64,000 bases of DNA from Fimbriosthenelais zetlandica (lineage: Eukaryota), in assembly GCA_977030845.1 (NCBI GenBank), contig OZ365113.1, positions 21,700,001 to 21,764,000 of the forward strand. The letters are read 5' to 3'. The translations under genes and the position numbers were made by a program. Positions 1 to 12,800 of the stretch are shown in pieces (the first letter of the stretch is position 1; each line of letters starts with the position of its first letter). Under the pieces are notes generated by a model that was not told where the DNA came from, did no database searches, and worked only from the letters and a program-made list of their open reading frames with translations.

Positions 1-123
1 AATTCGGTCCATAACTTTGTAAACACACCTTTTATAGTAAGGAAGATGCCGTAAATTGCCTAAACGTTTCACTAGCTACTAGACAGAAGATCTCAAGTTG
101 GTTACCTAGACAATATCGCCCCT

Positions 124-124
<1 letters not shown>

Positions 125-155
<31 letters not shown>
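125..155. repeat. C31 homopolymer in GC intron 2 (also at 9868-9898)
   Basis: Direct count, identical length in both copies. Confidence 0.95.
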
Positions 156-156
<1 letters not shown>

Positions 157-289
157 AACACACCACCACATTCGTAAGACCGGTGTTCCCCGAGGAGCTG
201 TACTAGGCCCACTATTAAAATTTGTGACCGTAAAAACATCCATATTATGCCAATTCGTTCTTTCCTATATTGATTCATGCATTATATAG

Positions 290-3200
290 ACATTTGAATG
301 GATGTGGACTGGGGACCCCCAAAAAGATGCCAAGTTGAGGATCGCCTACAGGTCACTGATACATATCACAAAAATACCCTATTTCTTAGGGGAAGCCTAC
401 ACCAACTTTTTAATGGAAGTACGTCAGAGGTTGTTAGAACCACCTTTTAATTCCAACTTATCGTCAATATCAGAGGTAAGTCCAGTTTCTTAAAACCATT
501 AAGTAAACTACAGTACCAACATTAGGCTGGGAGGGGGAAACTAATGCTATTTTAAATTGTTGTCTGGGCTTATAGATATGGCTCGACGTTTCATTGTGTT
601 TTATATGGCCGGGCGTTGCATTGTATTCTATAGGGCTGGGTGTTGCATTGCATTCTATATGGCCGGGCGTTGCATTGTATTCTATAGGGCCGGGCGTTGC
701 ATTGTATTCTATAGGGCCGGGCGTTACACTGTATTCTATAGGGCCGGGCGTTGCATTGTATTCTATAGGGCCGGGCGTTACACTGTATTCTATATGGCCG
801 GGCGTTGCATTGTATTCTATAGGGCCGGGCGTTACACTGTATTCTATAGGGCCGGGCGTTGCATTGTATTCTATAGGGCCGGGCGTTGCATTGTATTCTA
901 TAGGGCCGGGCGTTGCATTGTATTCTATAGGGCCGGGCGTTGCATTGTATTCTATAGGGCCGGGCGTTACATTAAATATTATGATAGGACCATACTCGTG
1001 AGGCAGATGGGTAACCAGATCAACAAAAGCGAGAGTGGATATGGCTTGAAGGGTCTCACGAGACCGTCAGGTAGTAAATCTAAACGTTCCAAATCCGGCC
1101 CACCACGCGTGGTGGCGCCAGCAAAGGACCACACCCCCGGATTAGCCCGACTTTTTACTGATAAACACCAATGTCATGGCATAAATATATATGGCACATC
1201 TTCCATTAGAAACAGGTCCCTGGTAAGCTTGGAACTATTAAAGTTGGGTCTATAATTTTGCATGGTTTTCACAGTAATCAAGCATTATATCTTAAGGCAA
1301 TCGTTTTCATATATATAGGTGAGCCGATCTGCCGGATTTGTGTATGATGCAGTAATTCTATATGCACTGACGGCTGATTTAATGATAAAGCAAGGGATGG
1401 ACCCCACAAATGGGCGAGAGTTCACTAAACAGGCAAAAAATGTGAATTTTCAAGGTGAGAATCCGATATGAATCTTCCATAGCTGGCATGGCTTAAATTA
1501 ATTAACTCATTCATTCATTCATTTGCTCTCCAAAATCTCTACAAATCAGGAACGTGGGCAGCTGAAATATCAGCACTCTCATAATTATTGCTCCGACCTC
1601 TTCCCTTTCCACAATTATATATAACACGACTATCAAAACTGATTACTTACCTTTTTCATAGAAGTCAAGATGAAATATCTTACTCTGGAGCCTGTTTCAG
1701 AAGAAAAAGATAAGTTTCATTAGGCCTATAGCTTAAATGGTATATCTATGAAAATGAAACATTTTATTTTATTTTCATATACTATTTTTTCTTCTATATC
1801 AAAGGTAAAACTGGAGCTGTTAGTGTTAATGAGAATGGTGACAGAAACGACGACTATGCGATATACGACTATCGGGATGGCACATTAAAAAAGGTGGCAT
1901 TTTATGACGGGTTTAAGCACGAGTACATCACTTTGGAAAAGGTTGGTGTTACGAATATTGATTACGAATTTGTCTGTGGAACATTGCTATTAGCATCACT
2001 TAATTGGTATGCAATTTGAATGTTCTTAGTTTATAGATTGTTATTTCCTTTATATATTTACATTTCAGATACTCTGGGGTCGTGATAATGTAGACGAAGT
2101 TCCACGAGACACACCACTGTGTGGTTTCCAGGGAGAGTTATGTGTGGCTGACGAGAAGTGTAAATTTTTAGACATAATTACCAATAAATTCTTATGAACG
2201 TTGAAAGGTTCACAACGAGGGACAGCGTAGCCCTGGAATAAGCTCCTTGTCCCATCTAATATCAACTAATCGGGGGTGTACATTCAGTCGACACATTTAG
2301 GCTGCCACAATCCTGATAGAAGACATTATGTAGGCGATAAAACACTGGGCTGGAGTGTTTTATTGTATTTTCTATCTTTATTTATTAAATTTATACCTGT
2401 TTTATATGAATACAGTAAATCGTATATTTGTCCATATCTCTGCTATGTCGCCAAGTGACCCCATAATTATAATCCTATTATGTGCGCCTGGGACCATTCT
2501 AATTATATGCTTCAAGCCAATTCCACCACCTTGCACTCGATTGACCGACCTTTAGAACTTCTCAATTGTATAGATGCACGCCTCTGTACAGGACCTAGAC
2601 ATTTCTATAACATTTTAGTAATTATAGTAAGTATACCTAAACAAAAACGCACAATCGTGTACTAATGAGTAACAAATGCTATATCGGTTCAGATTTGCAT
2701 ACCTTTCAATATTTTTCATGGTTAATCTGTTACAGCTGACTTGACTGTGATGATAGTAGGGGCTACTCTTGGATTGTTGCTCATATTATTGCTTGGGTTA
2801 GGAATATTCTTCTACAGAAAGAACCAGTTTGAAGCTGAGCTGAGTTCAGCAAATTGGAAGGTTGAGTGGAATGACATCAATTTTAACATCGAAACTGTAA
2901 GTAAGGCTTTGGATACTTTGAATCACCCCAATTCTCAAGTGCTGCAAATTTCCGACCCACAGGCCTTGAGCATACAATGAATGCTGAATGCTTCACTATA
3001 TATATACTAACAATCTCCCAAGTCCGTTCCCCCTACATTTATGTTTACTCCCTTTTTAACCGAAGTTCCCTAAGGCAGTGTATCAGGCTTACTACTTTTT
3101 CTTAATCAGCATAAATAACCCCACTGATTATATTCCAAGTGTTTACCATAAACATAATCAAATCCAAATCTTCGATTTCCAGAGAACCAGGCAATCTGCC

Positions 3201-6200
3201 CTTTCAATTGGTAGCAAAAATAGTCATCAAACCATTGCTTTAGCTTCACCAAACGTGGCAATTTATAAGGTATGGATACAATTTATTTGGTATCTCACTC
3301 ATATATTTCGCTCAAACGCCATAGTGACATGTGTCATATACATTCTGCTTCTACATTCACACGCTTAGAATGAAACTGTTTACGTGAAGAAGATTAACAG
3401 GCCATCTATCGACTGGAAGAAAAGATCAATCCTGCTGGAACTAAAACTGGTGAGATTTTTTAGGTTGTCTACACCAAGATAATAATATTTATAAACTGGA
3501 TTGATTTCATATATTTTTACGGTAATTTCATCCACTGAATTTGATGCTGAAATGGTGAGGAGAGAAAACTCCATTACTTTTTATTAGGCCCATTAAAATT
3601 TGTTTCCCATTGTTACATAAGATACGTGATGCCAGGCATGAGAACCTCAGTTCGTTTATGGGAGCTTGTGTTGAATCTGGCAATATAGCTGTCCTCACTC
3701 GCCACTGTCCCAAAGGAGGCCTGGAAGACTTACTAGAAAATGCTGACATTCAACTAGATTTAATGTTCAGAATTTCTATTGCTATGGACATCATCTCCGT
3801 TAGTATATCATCTGACAGTTCTCGCTCTAAATGAACATATTGACAGCATATAAAATGAATTTAAACTACTTGCAACACCTCAAAAATCATTTAATCAATT
3901 AAGTTGTGATTGCAGGGACTGCGTTATCTTCACAAATCAGATATTAAATTTCATGGGAATTTAAAATCATCAAACTGTCTTGTTGACAGTCGTTGGACGA
4001 TTAAACTAACTGATTTTGGCCTTCATGAGTTCACCAAACCAGATGGGAATACTGAAATTGAAGAGTTTCCGAAATATAAAGGTCAGTTTTGACAGTTACA
4101 TCTAGTTATAACAATGCAACAGCACGATTCGAAATAATCTGTCTTTATCTTTACTAACTCATTACAGCTTTGCTCTGGACAGCTCCTGAGCACCTCCATG
4201 AACCATCACTTGGCTCACTGAAGGGAGATATATTCAGCTTTGGAATAGTGCTACAAGAAATAGCTCTCAGAGCCGGACCATACTCTGAGAATGGCGATCT
4301 TGCACCTAAAGGTAAGGCCACCCAAGTAGCACAAATTTTGGTATTTCTTGATTCGGACTGCTGATTCCAATTAAGTGTGATGGGGGTATTAAGCAGGCCT
4401 ATGGTCCGGTGGATTGTCTGCCTGGATTGTTGGAATCTCTAATCTCTAAAAATGATCCCATTGTTTCAGACATTGTAGATCGAGTGAAGAAAGGATCAGA
4501 CAAACCATTCAGACCGGTCGTACCCAAAGATTCCTGTTCTCCAATCATGCAAGCCCTGATGGCAAAATGTTGGAGTGAGAATCCTTCCCAGAGGCCTGAT
4601 CTTGGTGAAATCATCAGCGATTTAAAACTCCTCAATGGAGGGAAGTATGTCTTTCTCACCTTCATATGTCTATATAGATATTTGTTTGTTATATCTTAAA
4701 CAAATCTAATACAAATTGTCAGAGGCAGTGTCGAATTAAATGAAATAAATCATGAGTCATAATAAATGCATAAGAAAAATATACCCTTCCACACAGGACG
4801 ATAAACATTATGGACAATATGGTGTCCATGCTGGAAAAATATGCCAGCAACCTTGAAGATATTGTTGCCAACAGAACGACACTACTGATGGAAGAAAAGA
4901 AAAAGACTGAGATGCTTCTTCATCAGATGTTACCAAAGTACTAATGTTAACTCAGCACCTCAGACCTTCCTCAGCTAAATATCACTGAACTTCATTCACA
5001 ACTATACATTTAATTTGATAAATAATGAATTTGTCATATCAATCAGATGTGATTTTTACTTTTGATTATCATAGACCTGTTGCTGAGGCTTTGAAAGCTG
5101 GAGAAACAATTGTACCAGAAACGTTTGAAAATGTCACAATATTCTTCTCGGATATTGTTGGCTTTACTTCACTGTCTGCCGAGAGTACACCCATCCAAGT
5201 ACGCAGTTCTTCAAAATAAATTTACTAGCATATAAGTTTACTAGCATATAAATATTTCATTTGGACATTCTAGGCAAAGGTCAATCATGCCGTCAATCAA
5301 TTCCCCCACAGGTTGTCAATCTGCTCAATGATCTCTACACTCTATTTGACTCAATATTGGAGGAGTATGATGTATACAAGGTACAGTACCTGAATCTTAC
5401 ACCAGATTGTCTTGTCCATTTACCTTTAATAAAAGACTATCGTATCATTCTTACTAAATACATGTAATGTTTTTCTCTTAAATTAAACACAGGTGGAGAC
5501 GATAGGTGATGCATATATGGTTGTTTCTGGTTTACCAATAAGGAATGGTGACCAACATGCAGGAGAAATCGCCACAGTTTCTCTCCACCTCCTCTCTAGT
5601 GTACTCTCTTTCAAAATCAGACATCGTCCAGAGATAAAGCTCAAACTGCGAATAGGAATCCACACAGGTAACCGGGGGCAAACTGAATAATAATGCTTAA
5701 TAATGGATATATATGCCCAATCTCATCCCTTATAATCCGACCCTTTCGTGGCTCAACTGAAGTGAATGAAAATAACAACATAAATTATAGTATGTCCAAT
5801 GTGTAAAGGTTCCTTCTTTGATAATGGCAATGTTATGGTAATCACTGAAGCTCATAACAGAGTACTTGTTCTTTCCAACAGGTTCATGTGTTGCAGGTGT
5901 TGTGGGATTAAAAATGCCTCGATATTGTCTCTTCGGGGACACCGTGAACACTGCCTCACGAATGGAATCAAATGGACAAGGTATGTATGGTGATTGTTAT
6001 AATCTAGCCAAACTTCCATTCAAGAAAGGCGTTTTATTATATGCTTTTTATGTTATTTATTCACCAGCTTTGGAGGTTCATGTCAGTGGAATCACACGTG
6101 AACTCTTGCTCAAACTTGGTGGCTACACTCTTGTGGAACGAGGCCAGATAGAAATGAAGGTGACCAGTCTATTATCATTATATTTTCATGTCATCATATT

Positions 6201-6374
6201 GGCCATAGCCATATTAATTCCTTAACAAAATCTTACTGCAAAACAGCATGTTTCTATGTTTAAATAGCTATTATATTAATTATTGGATTGCAGGGCAAAG
6301 GTATTCAGACGACTTATTGGCTTCGAGGAAAGATCAACTTCAACAAACCCCTACCCGAATGGTCCAGCACCTGA
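290..6374 (+). CDS. Receptor (transmembrane) guanylyl cyclase, NPR1/GC-A-like, copy 1; 5'-partial (exons 1-2 lie upstream of the window)
   Basis: Exons read manually with GT-AG boundaries and consistent phases: 290-475, 1319-1454, 1805-1941, 2069-2159, 2736-2896, 3183-3269, 3369-3449, 3622-3798, 3916-4081, 4168-4311, 4470-4644, 4797-4937, 5075-5198, 5312-5380, 5493-5667, 5882-5980, 6068-6159, 6294-6374 (TGA). Motifs: ectodomain [11 protein letters not shown] and NENGDR; juxtamembrane [10 protein letters not shown]; [25 protein letters not shown]; kinase-homology [23 protein letters not shown] and LWTAPE; coiled coil [13 protein letters not shown]...LLHQMLP; cyclase [42 protein letters not shown]. 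The E of KVETIGD and C of RYCLFG are the GTP-specificity residues. Confidence 0.93.
596..975 (+). repeat. 27-bp minisatellite (VNTR) in GC intron 3, about 14 units
   Basis: Unit GGCCGGGCGTTGCATTGTATTCTATAG with variants (ttacactg, tatatgg). It produces the 9-aa periodic ORFs RAGRCIVFY and PGVALYSIG in the track. Confidence 0.97.
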
Positions 6375-7105
6375 ACTCCATCACCTTAATGTTGATAGGC
6401 CTCTCTATATGAGGTGTCACAAATAATTTCAAGAAAAGCTTCACAACTTAGGTTAATGGGCACAATATGACATTGTATTCAGAAAATTATTAATTTTAGT
6501 GTAGGTGAAATTCTCAAACAAGGAAAAGTGGTAGAATAATAAAGTCTAACTCTACCAAATAAAGTTTAGCTGTAAAGTAAGGGAGGTTATCTAGGGTGAT
6601 CTAAGTATTGACAGTTTACGAGGGAAATTGTGTTAATTGTCCATAATTGAGTACCGGTAAATTATGAAATACGTACCTAGATTCATCCCTTTTTGTTTAA
6701 TGTGAAAGACTCTCCGAATATAGATGTTTTGAAGGATAGAGATTAACTACTGTCCCAAAAAATACAATGGGGAAGAAATGTTGATTGTTTGTAAGTAAAA
6801 AGAAATATATATTCATATATATTTTCAATGTCTCACTAAACATTATGAAGCATTCCTTCCCCCTAATCATGTGGATATCCCATTCTGTCAATGACATGTT
6901 CGGAAATAAATGGAATCTGACAGTAAAGTCGTACTCAATGTATGTCTCAATAAAGGAAAACTCTCTTTATAGGTCTGATCTTCATAATTTTGCTGTATCT
7001 GCATCTTTTGTTATAGCATCCATCACAGCTTTTAGAGTAACCCATATTAAAGTTTCATGACTCATTCATTTTCTGGGCGCTAGGTAGCAGTAGATATGCT
7101 CACTA
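6165..7105 (+). repeat. Diverged paralogous 3' end (last intron, last exon, 3' flank) homologous to 16016-17350
   Basis: Alignable by eye with many substitutions and indels (e.g. gttaatgggcacaatatgacattgtattcag, ctagggtgatctaagt, cctagattcatccctttt, ttttctgggcgctaggtagca). The last exons differ at 6 of 81 nt. Confidence 0.92.
6538..6563 (+). promoter_or_regulatory. Candidate polyadenylation signals (two AATAAA) of GC copy 1
   Basis: AATAAA at 6538-6543 and 6558-6563, about 165-190 nt after the stop codon. Confidence 0.5.
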
Positions 7106-7830
7106 TTCCACCCTTCTAAACTATACTTGCCCATCAGCTGACAGTAGTACTTTGTTGGCGACCAACCAAGGTGATGATTTGGGATAATTACAGGCAGGAG
7201 ATATCCTTCAATGAGATTATGGTATAATAATCTTCGGTTTCTTTGGTACTCATAACTATGGTTCCGATTTTTATACGAGCTTCACGATTGTTTACTCACG
7301 ATTGATATTGATATTTTGTATGTTCACGTAAGGGGCTTTATGTAATCTTCCCATCGTAAGGGCTCATACGGGTGAATCGGGACCTTCCGATCGTAAGTGG
7401 ATTACACGCTTTGACTCTGACTATCTTCGCCTATGTGACAAGATTTTAATTCAGTTTCATGTCATTAATGCATCATTCATGACATCTGGGTCATGAGCAA
7501 ATACTAATGCAAATACTACACGAGACGTATGGGACCAACTAATGACAGTGATGCTCTGTTTACTGTCAAACAATTATTGAGAAAACCTGGTTGATATGAA
7601 TCGCTATTTTTTCGATGCCATGTAATTTTGCATCGCAATTTCTCTTCTGCCACATACCCGCAATATAAATGTGAATATGACATTAAAACAAGTCTGAATT
7701 TGCTACCCCACCTCTCATTTCACATAACTAGACGGAGATAAAATTCACTTTTATTTTTCACTTGGCTAAAATTAGGCCTACATTTCCAAGGATCTGTTTC
7801 GATCTTCCTGGAAGCTTTTGTTCACAAAAA

Positions 7831-8314
7831 GGGATTACAATTCTCATCTGTCGCCTGATACCTTTCATTCTCCCTGTCAAAGGTGGACAGCACCCCAAGT
7901 TCAAAGTAAGGACTGCCTTATTAAATGCGGTGAGAAGTTACACTTCAAAGTAGCATGTCGTGTTAGCTGATATGTTAGGTGTAATTTTCTGAACATAACA
8001 ACTCTTATCCCCTTATCATGTGCTTTCCTAGAGACCTTGGTAGGAGTTCAGTAACACTTTGGTCCACAGTTGGGTCCACTGGTTTCACCTGTAAAAATGA
8101 TACTTTGAACACCACCTTCAAAGACACAGTTCACTATTAACTGATTAATTACATGGCCCGAAGAAAGTGTGTTAAATAAACACACTGCCTTTCAGTACAG
8201 AACAACCTTTTACTGGGATTACAATTTTCATTTGCTGCCATTTGCTGCCTGATACCTTTCATTCTCTATATCAAAGGTGGACAAAACCCCAAGTTCAAAG
8301 TAAGGACTGCCTTA
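7831..8314 (+). repeat. Pair of ~90-100 bp direct repeats (7831-7920 and 8215-8314) upstream of GC copy 2
   Basis: gggattacaatt(c/t)tcat...cctgatacctttcattctc...tcaaaggtggaca...ccccaagttcaaagtaaggactgcctta occurs twice. The second copy has an internal 10-nt duplication (tttgctgcca). Confidence 0.9.
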
Positions 8315-8629
8315 AATGAAGTTTGTCATGAAGTACATTGTATAAAGAAAGTTTGTTATATAAATACTGAGCTAGAAGATAAAGAAATCTATAATGGGCT
8401 AATGTAATCCAACTCAATATGAAAACTCTGTCCTAGAAGATATGTTTTATATTAGCTATTATAGGAATCGCATCACATTAGCCTGCCGCTGCTGGAAAGT
8501 CCCAAAGAACGTTCCCAGAACTTCGTGAGCATGCGCAATGTAGTGCTGAGGAGATGCTCACTGGTTGAAAGAGTAGGTCTGAAGTGGGCAACCTTTTTTA
8601 GTATGCTCTGGGCCACCAACAAGGGCAAA

Positions 8630-9866
8630 ATGGGCCCTTGTCGGGAAGTCAGATTTCAGATTCTGGTCTGGCTGATAATATGCCCTCAACGTCTTGAGGC
8701 CAATAAGGAGCTACTCATGAGTTTTTCAGCTATGAGTGACAATGTCTTCTCTGGTCCACCGGGCAAACATTATGGAGAGTTGGGTTCGGCAGTACCAATG
8801 GCTATAGAAGCTATTAAAAACGAACCAAATATCCTTCCAAACCACACATTGAATTATTTCCTCACACCGACGGATTGTTCAGAAAAGAAGGCCCTGGCTA
8901 CACTAGCCGATATCCGGAATAATGTGAGTGTTGTCATTGGACCAGCATGTTCCTCAGCTATCAGAGGGGTAGGACTCCTTGCGTCTTACTGGAACATCCC
9001 TGTCGTTGGCTATTTTGGTACAGGTGCAATTTTATCAAATAAGTTAGTTTACGATACATTTGTCAGGGTGGTTTCACCTGGTGATAGGACTTCTGAAATC
9101 ATGTTGGTCATTCTGAAGAAATTTGGTTGGAAGAGAGCTGGTCTTCACAAGATGGGACGTTATGGCCCTCCATCTCATACCTATACTGGATTGTTGGCTA
9201 AAAAACCAGAGAACTTCACTTACGTTGATCCTTACTTCGGGAACACCAATGATTGGAATTATCTGAGACGAGCCTCATTATTAAAAATAAGTGCAGAGTC
9301 AAGGGGTAAGACAATCTTTGAATAGTCATATTTTCCTCCCATCAAAGATGGCAACACCAGAGGCCCGTATCAAAAGAATCTTATACACAATGTTAAGTTT
9401 ATGGACTAATAAAACATTAGGAAACAGCTAGCCGCAAGTCAATGACTCCTAACAATTAGGGACTCATGATTTCATAAATTAAAATTATATATATATATAT
9501 ATATATTATATTTTCTATTTTCCAGTCATATTACTGCTAGCCAACACATTTGAACTGCCTAACACCATGCTTACAGCTTATGATCTAGGACTATGTAATT
9601 CAAACGAATATGTATTTATATCTATGGACGCGGAAGGTTCCGAGGTAGGAAAGTTATTTCGTGAGCCTTAAATACCATCTGCATGAAGACAATTTCTCCA
9701 ATTCCAACTTTTTTTCTTTACAATATTTTGCATTTCCTAATTGAATTCGGTCCATAACTTTGTAAACACACCTTTTATAGTAAGGAAGATGCCGTAAATT
9801 GCCTAAACGTTTCACTAGCTACTAGACAGAAGATCTCAAGTTGGTTACCTAGACAATATCGCCCCT

Positions 9867-9899
<33 letters not shown>

Positions 9900-12800
9900 A
9901 ACACACCACCACATTCGTAAGACCGGTGTTCCCCGAGGAGCTGTACTAGGCCCACTATTAAAATTTGTGACCGTAAAAACATCCATATTATGCCAATTCG
10001 TTCTTTCCTATATTGATTCATGCATTATATAGACATTTGAATGGATGTGGACTGGGGACCCCCAAAAAGATGCCAAGTTGAGGATCGCCTACAGGTCACT
10101 GATACATATCACAAAAATACCCTATTTCTTAGGGGAAGCCTACACCAACTTTTTAATGGAAGTACGTCAGAGGTTGTTAGAACCACCTTTTAATTCCAAC
10201 TTATCGTCAATATCAGAGGTAAGTCCAGTTTCTTAAAACCATTAAGTAAACTACAGTACCAACATTAGGCTGGGAGGGGGAAACTAATGCTATTTTAAAT
10301 TGTTGTCTGGGCTTATAGATATGGCTCGACGTTTCATTGTGTTTTATATGGCCGGGCGTTGCATTGTATTCTATAGGGCTGGGTGTTGCATTGCATTCTA
10401 TATGGCCGGGCGTTGCATTGTATTCTATAGGGCCGGGCGTTGCATTGTATTCTATAGGGCCGGGCGTTACACTGTATTCTATAGGGCCGGGCGTTGCATT
10501 GTATTCTATAGGGCCGGGCGTTGCATTGTATTCTATAGGGCCGGGCGTTGCATTGTATTCTATAGGGCCGGGCGTTGCATTGTATTCTATAGGGCCGGGC
10601 GTTACACTGTATTCTATAGGGCCGGGCGTTGCATTGTATTCTATAGGGCCGGGCGTTGCATTGTATTCTATAGGGCCGGGCGTTACACTGTATTCTATAG
10701 GGCCGGGCGTTGCATTGTATTCTATAGGGCCGGGCGTTGCATTGTATTCTATAGGGCCGGGCGTTGCATTGTATTCTATAGGGCCGGGCGTTGCATTGTA
10801 TTCTATAGGGCCGGGCGTTACATTAAATATTATGATAGGACCATACTCGTGAGGCAGATGGGTAACCAGATCAACAAAAGCGAGAGTGGATATGGCTTGA
10901 AGGGTCTCACGAGACCGTCAGGTAGTAAATCTAAACGTTCCAAATCCGGCCCACCACGCGTGGTGGCGCCAGCAAAGGACCACACCCCCGGATTAGCCCG
11001 ACTTTTTACTGATAAACACCAATGTCATGGCATAAATATATATGGCACATCTTCCATTAGAAACAGGTCCCTGGTAAGCTTGGAACTATTAAAGTTGGGT
11101 CTATAATTTTGCATGGTTTTCACAGTAATCAAGCATTATATCTTAAGGCAATCGTTTTCATATATATAGGTGAGCCGATCTGCCGGATTTGTGTATGATG
11201 CAGTAATTCTATATGCACTGACGGCTGATTTAATGATAAAGCAAGGGATGGACCCCACAAATGGGCGAGAGTTCACTAAACAGGCAAAAAATGTGAATTT
11301 TCAAGGTGAGAATCCGATATGAATCTTCCATAGCTGGCATGGCTTAAATTAATTAACTCATTCATTCATTCATTTGCTCTCCAAAATCTCTACAAATCAG
11401 GAACGTGGGCAGCTGAAATATCAGCACTCTCATAATTATTGCTCCGACCTCTTCCCTTTCCACAATTATATATAACACGACTATCAAAACTGATTACTTA
11501 CCTTTTTCATAGAAGTCAAGATGAAATATCTTACTCTGGAGCCTGTTTCAGAAGAAAAAGATAAGTTTCATTAGGCCTATAGCTTAAATGGTATATCTAT
11601 GAAAATGAAACATTTTATTTTATTTTCATATACTATTTTTTCTTCTATATCAAAGGTAAAACTGGAGCTGTTAGTGTTAATGAGAATGGTGACAGAAACG
11701 ACGACTATGCGATATACGACTATCGGGATGGCACATTAAAAAAGGTGGCATTTTATGACGGGTTTAAGCACGAGTACATCACTTTGGAAAAGGTTGGTGT
11801 TACGAATATTGATTACGAATTTGTCTGTGGAACATTGCTATTAGCATCACTTAATTGGTATGCAATTTGAATGTTCTTAGTTTATAGATTGTTATTTCCT
11901 TTATATATTTACATTTCAGATACTCTGGGGTCGTGATAATGTAGACGAAGTTCCACGAGACACACCACTGTGTGGTTTCCAGGGAGAGTTATGTGTGGCT
12001 GACGAGAAGTGTAAATTTTTAGACATAATTACCAATAAATTCTTATGAACGTTGAAAGGTTCACAACGAGGGACAGCGTAGCCCTGGAATAAGCTCCTTG
12101 TCCCATCTAATATCAACTAATCGGGGGTGTACATTCAGTCGACACATTTAGGCTGCCACAATCCTGATAGAAGACATTATGTAGGCGATAAAACACTGGG
12201 CTGGAGTGTTTTATTGTATTTTCTATCTTTATTTATTAAATTTATACCTGTTTTATATGAATACAGTAAATCGTATATTTGTCCATATCTCTGCTATGTC
12301 GCCAAGTGACCCCATAATTATAATCCTATTATGTGCGCCTGGGACCATTCTAATTATATGCTTCAAGCCAATTCCACCACCTTGCACTCGATTGACCGAC
12401 CTTTAGAACTTCTCAATTGTATAGATGCACGCCTCTGTACAGGACCTAGACATTTCTATAACATTTTAGTAATTATAGTAAGTATACCTAAACAAAAACG
12501 CACAATCGTGTACTAATGAGTAACAAATGCTATATCGGTTCAGATTTGCATACCTTTCAATATTTTTCATGGTTAATCTGTTACAGCTGACTTGACTGTG
12601 ATGATAGTAGGGGCTACTCTTGGATTGTTGCTCATATTATTGCTTGGGTTAGGAATATTCTTCTACAGAAAGAACCAGTTTGAAGCTGAGCTGAGTTCAG
12701 CAAATTGGAAGGTTGAGTGGAATGACATCAATTTTAACATCGAAACTGTAAGTAAGGCTTTGGATACTTTGAATCACCCCAATTCTCAAGTGCTGCAAAT

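Larger units (their letters stand above)
1..6164 (+). repeat. Segmental tandem duplication, unit A (near-identical to 9744-16015)
   Basis: Base 1 (aattcggtccataac...) recurs at 9744. The offset is 9743 before the VNTR and 9851 after it. All ORF-track entries are duplicated at these offsets and spot-checked introns match. First mismatch: gtgacc (6165) vs gtgacg (16016). Confidence 0.97.

Noticed and set aside
596-975. 27-bp repeat array as a CRISPR array
   Set aside because: The units are head-to-tail with no unique spacers, there are no cas genes, and the context is a eukaryotic intron.
557-1255. 232/268-aa (RAGRCIVFY)n and 135/171-aa (PGVALYSIG)n ORFs, superficially like cationic antimicrobial peptides or elastin
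   Set aside because: They lie within GC intron 3 and stay open only because the 27-bp unit lacks stops in two frames. No signal peptide or other evidence of coding function.
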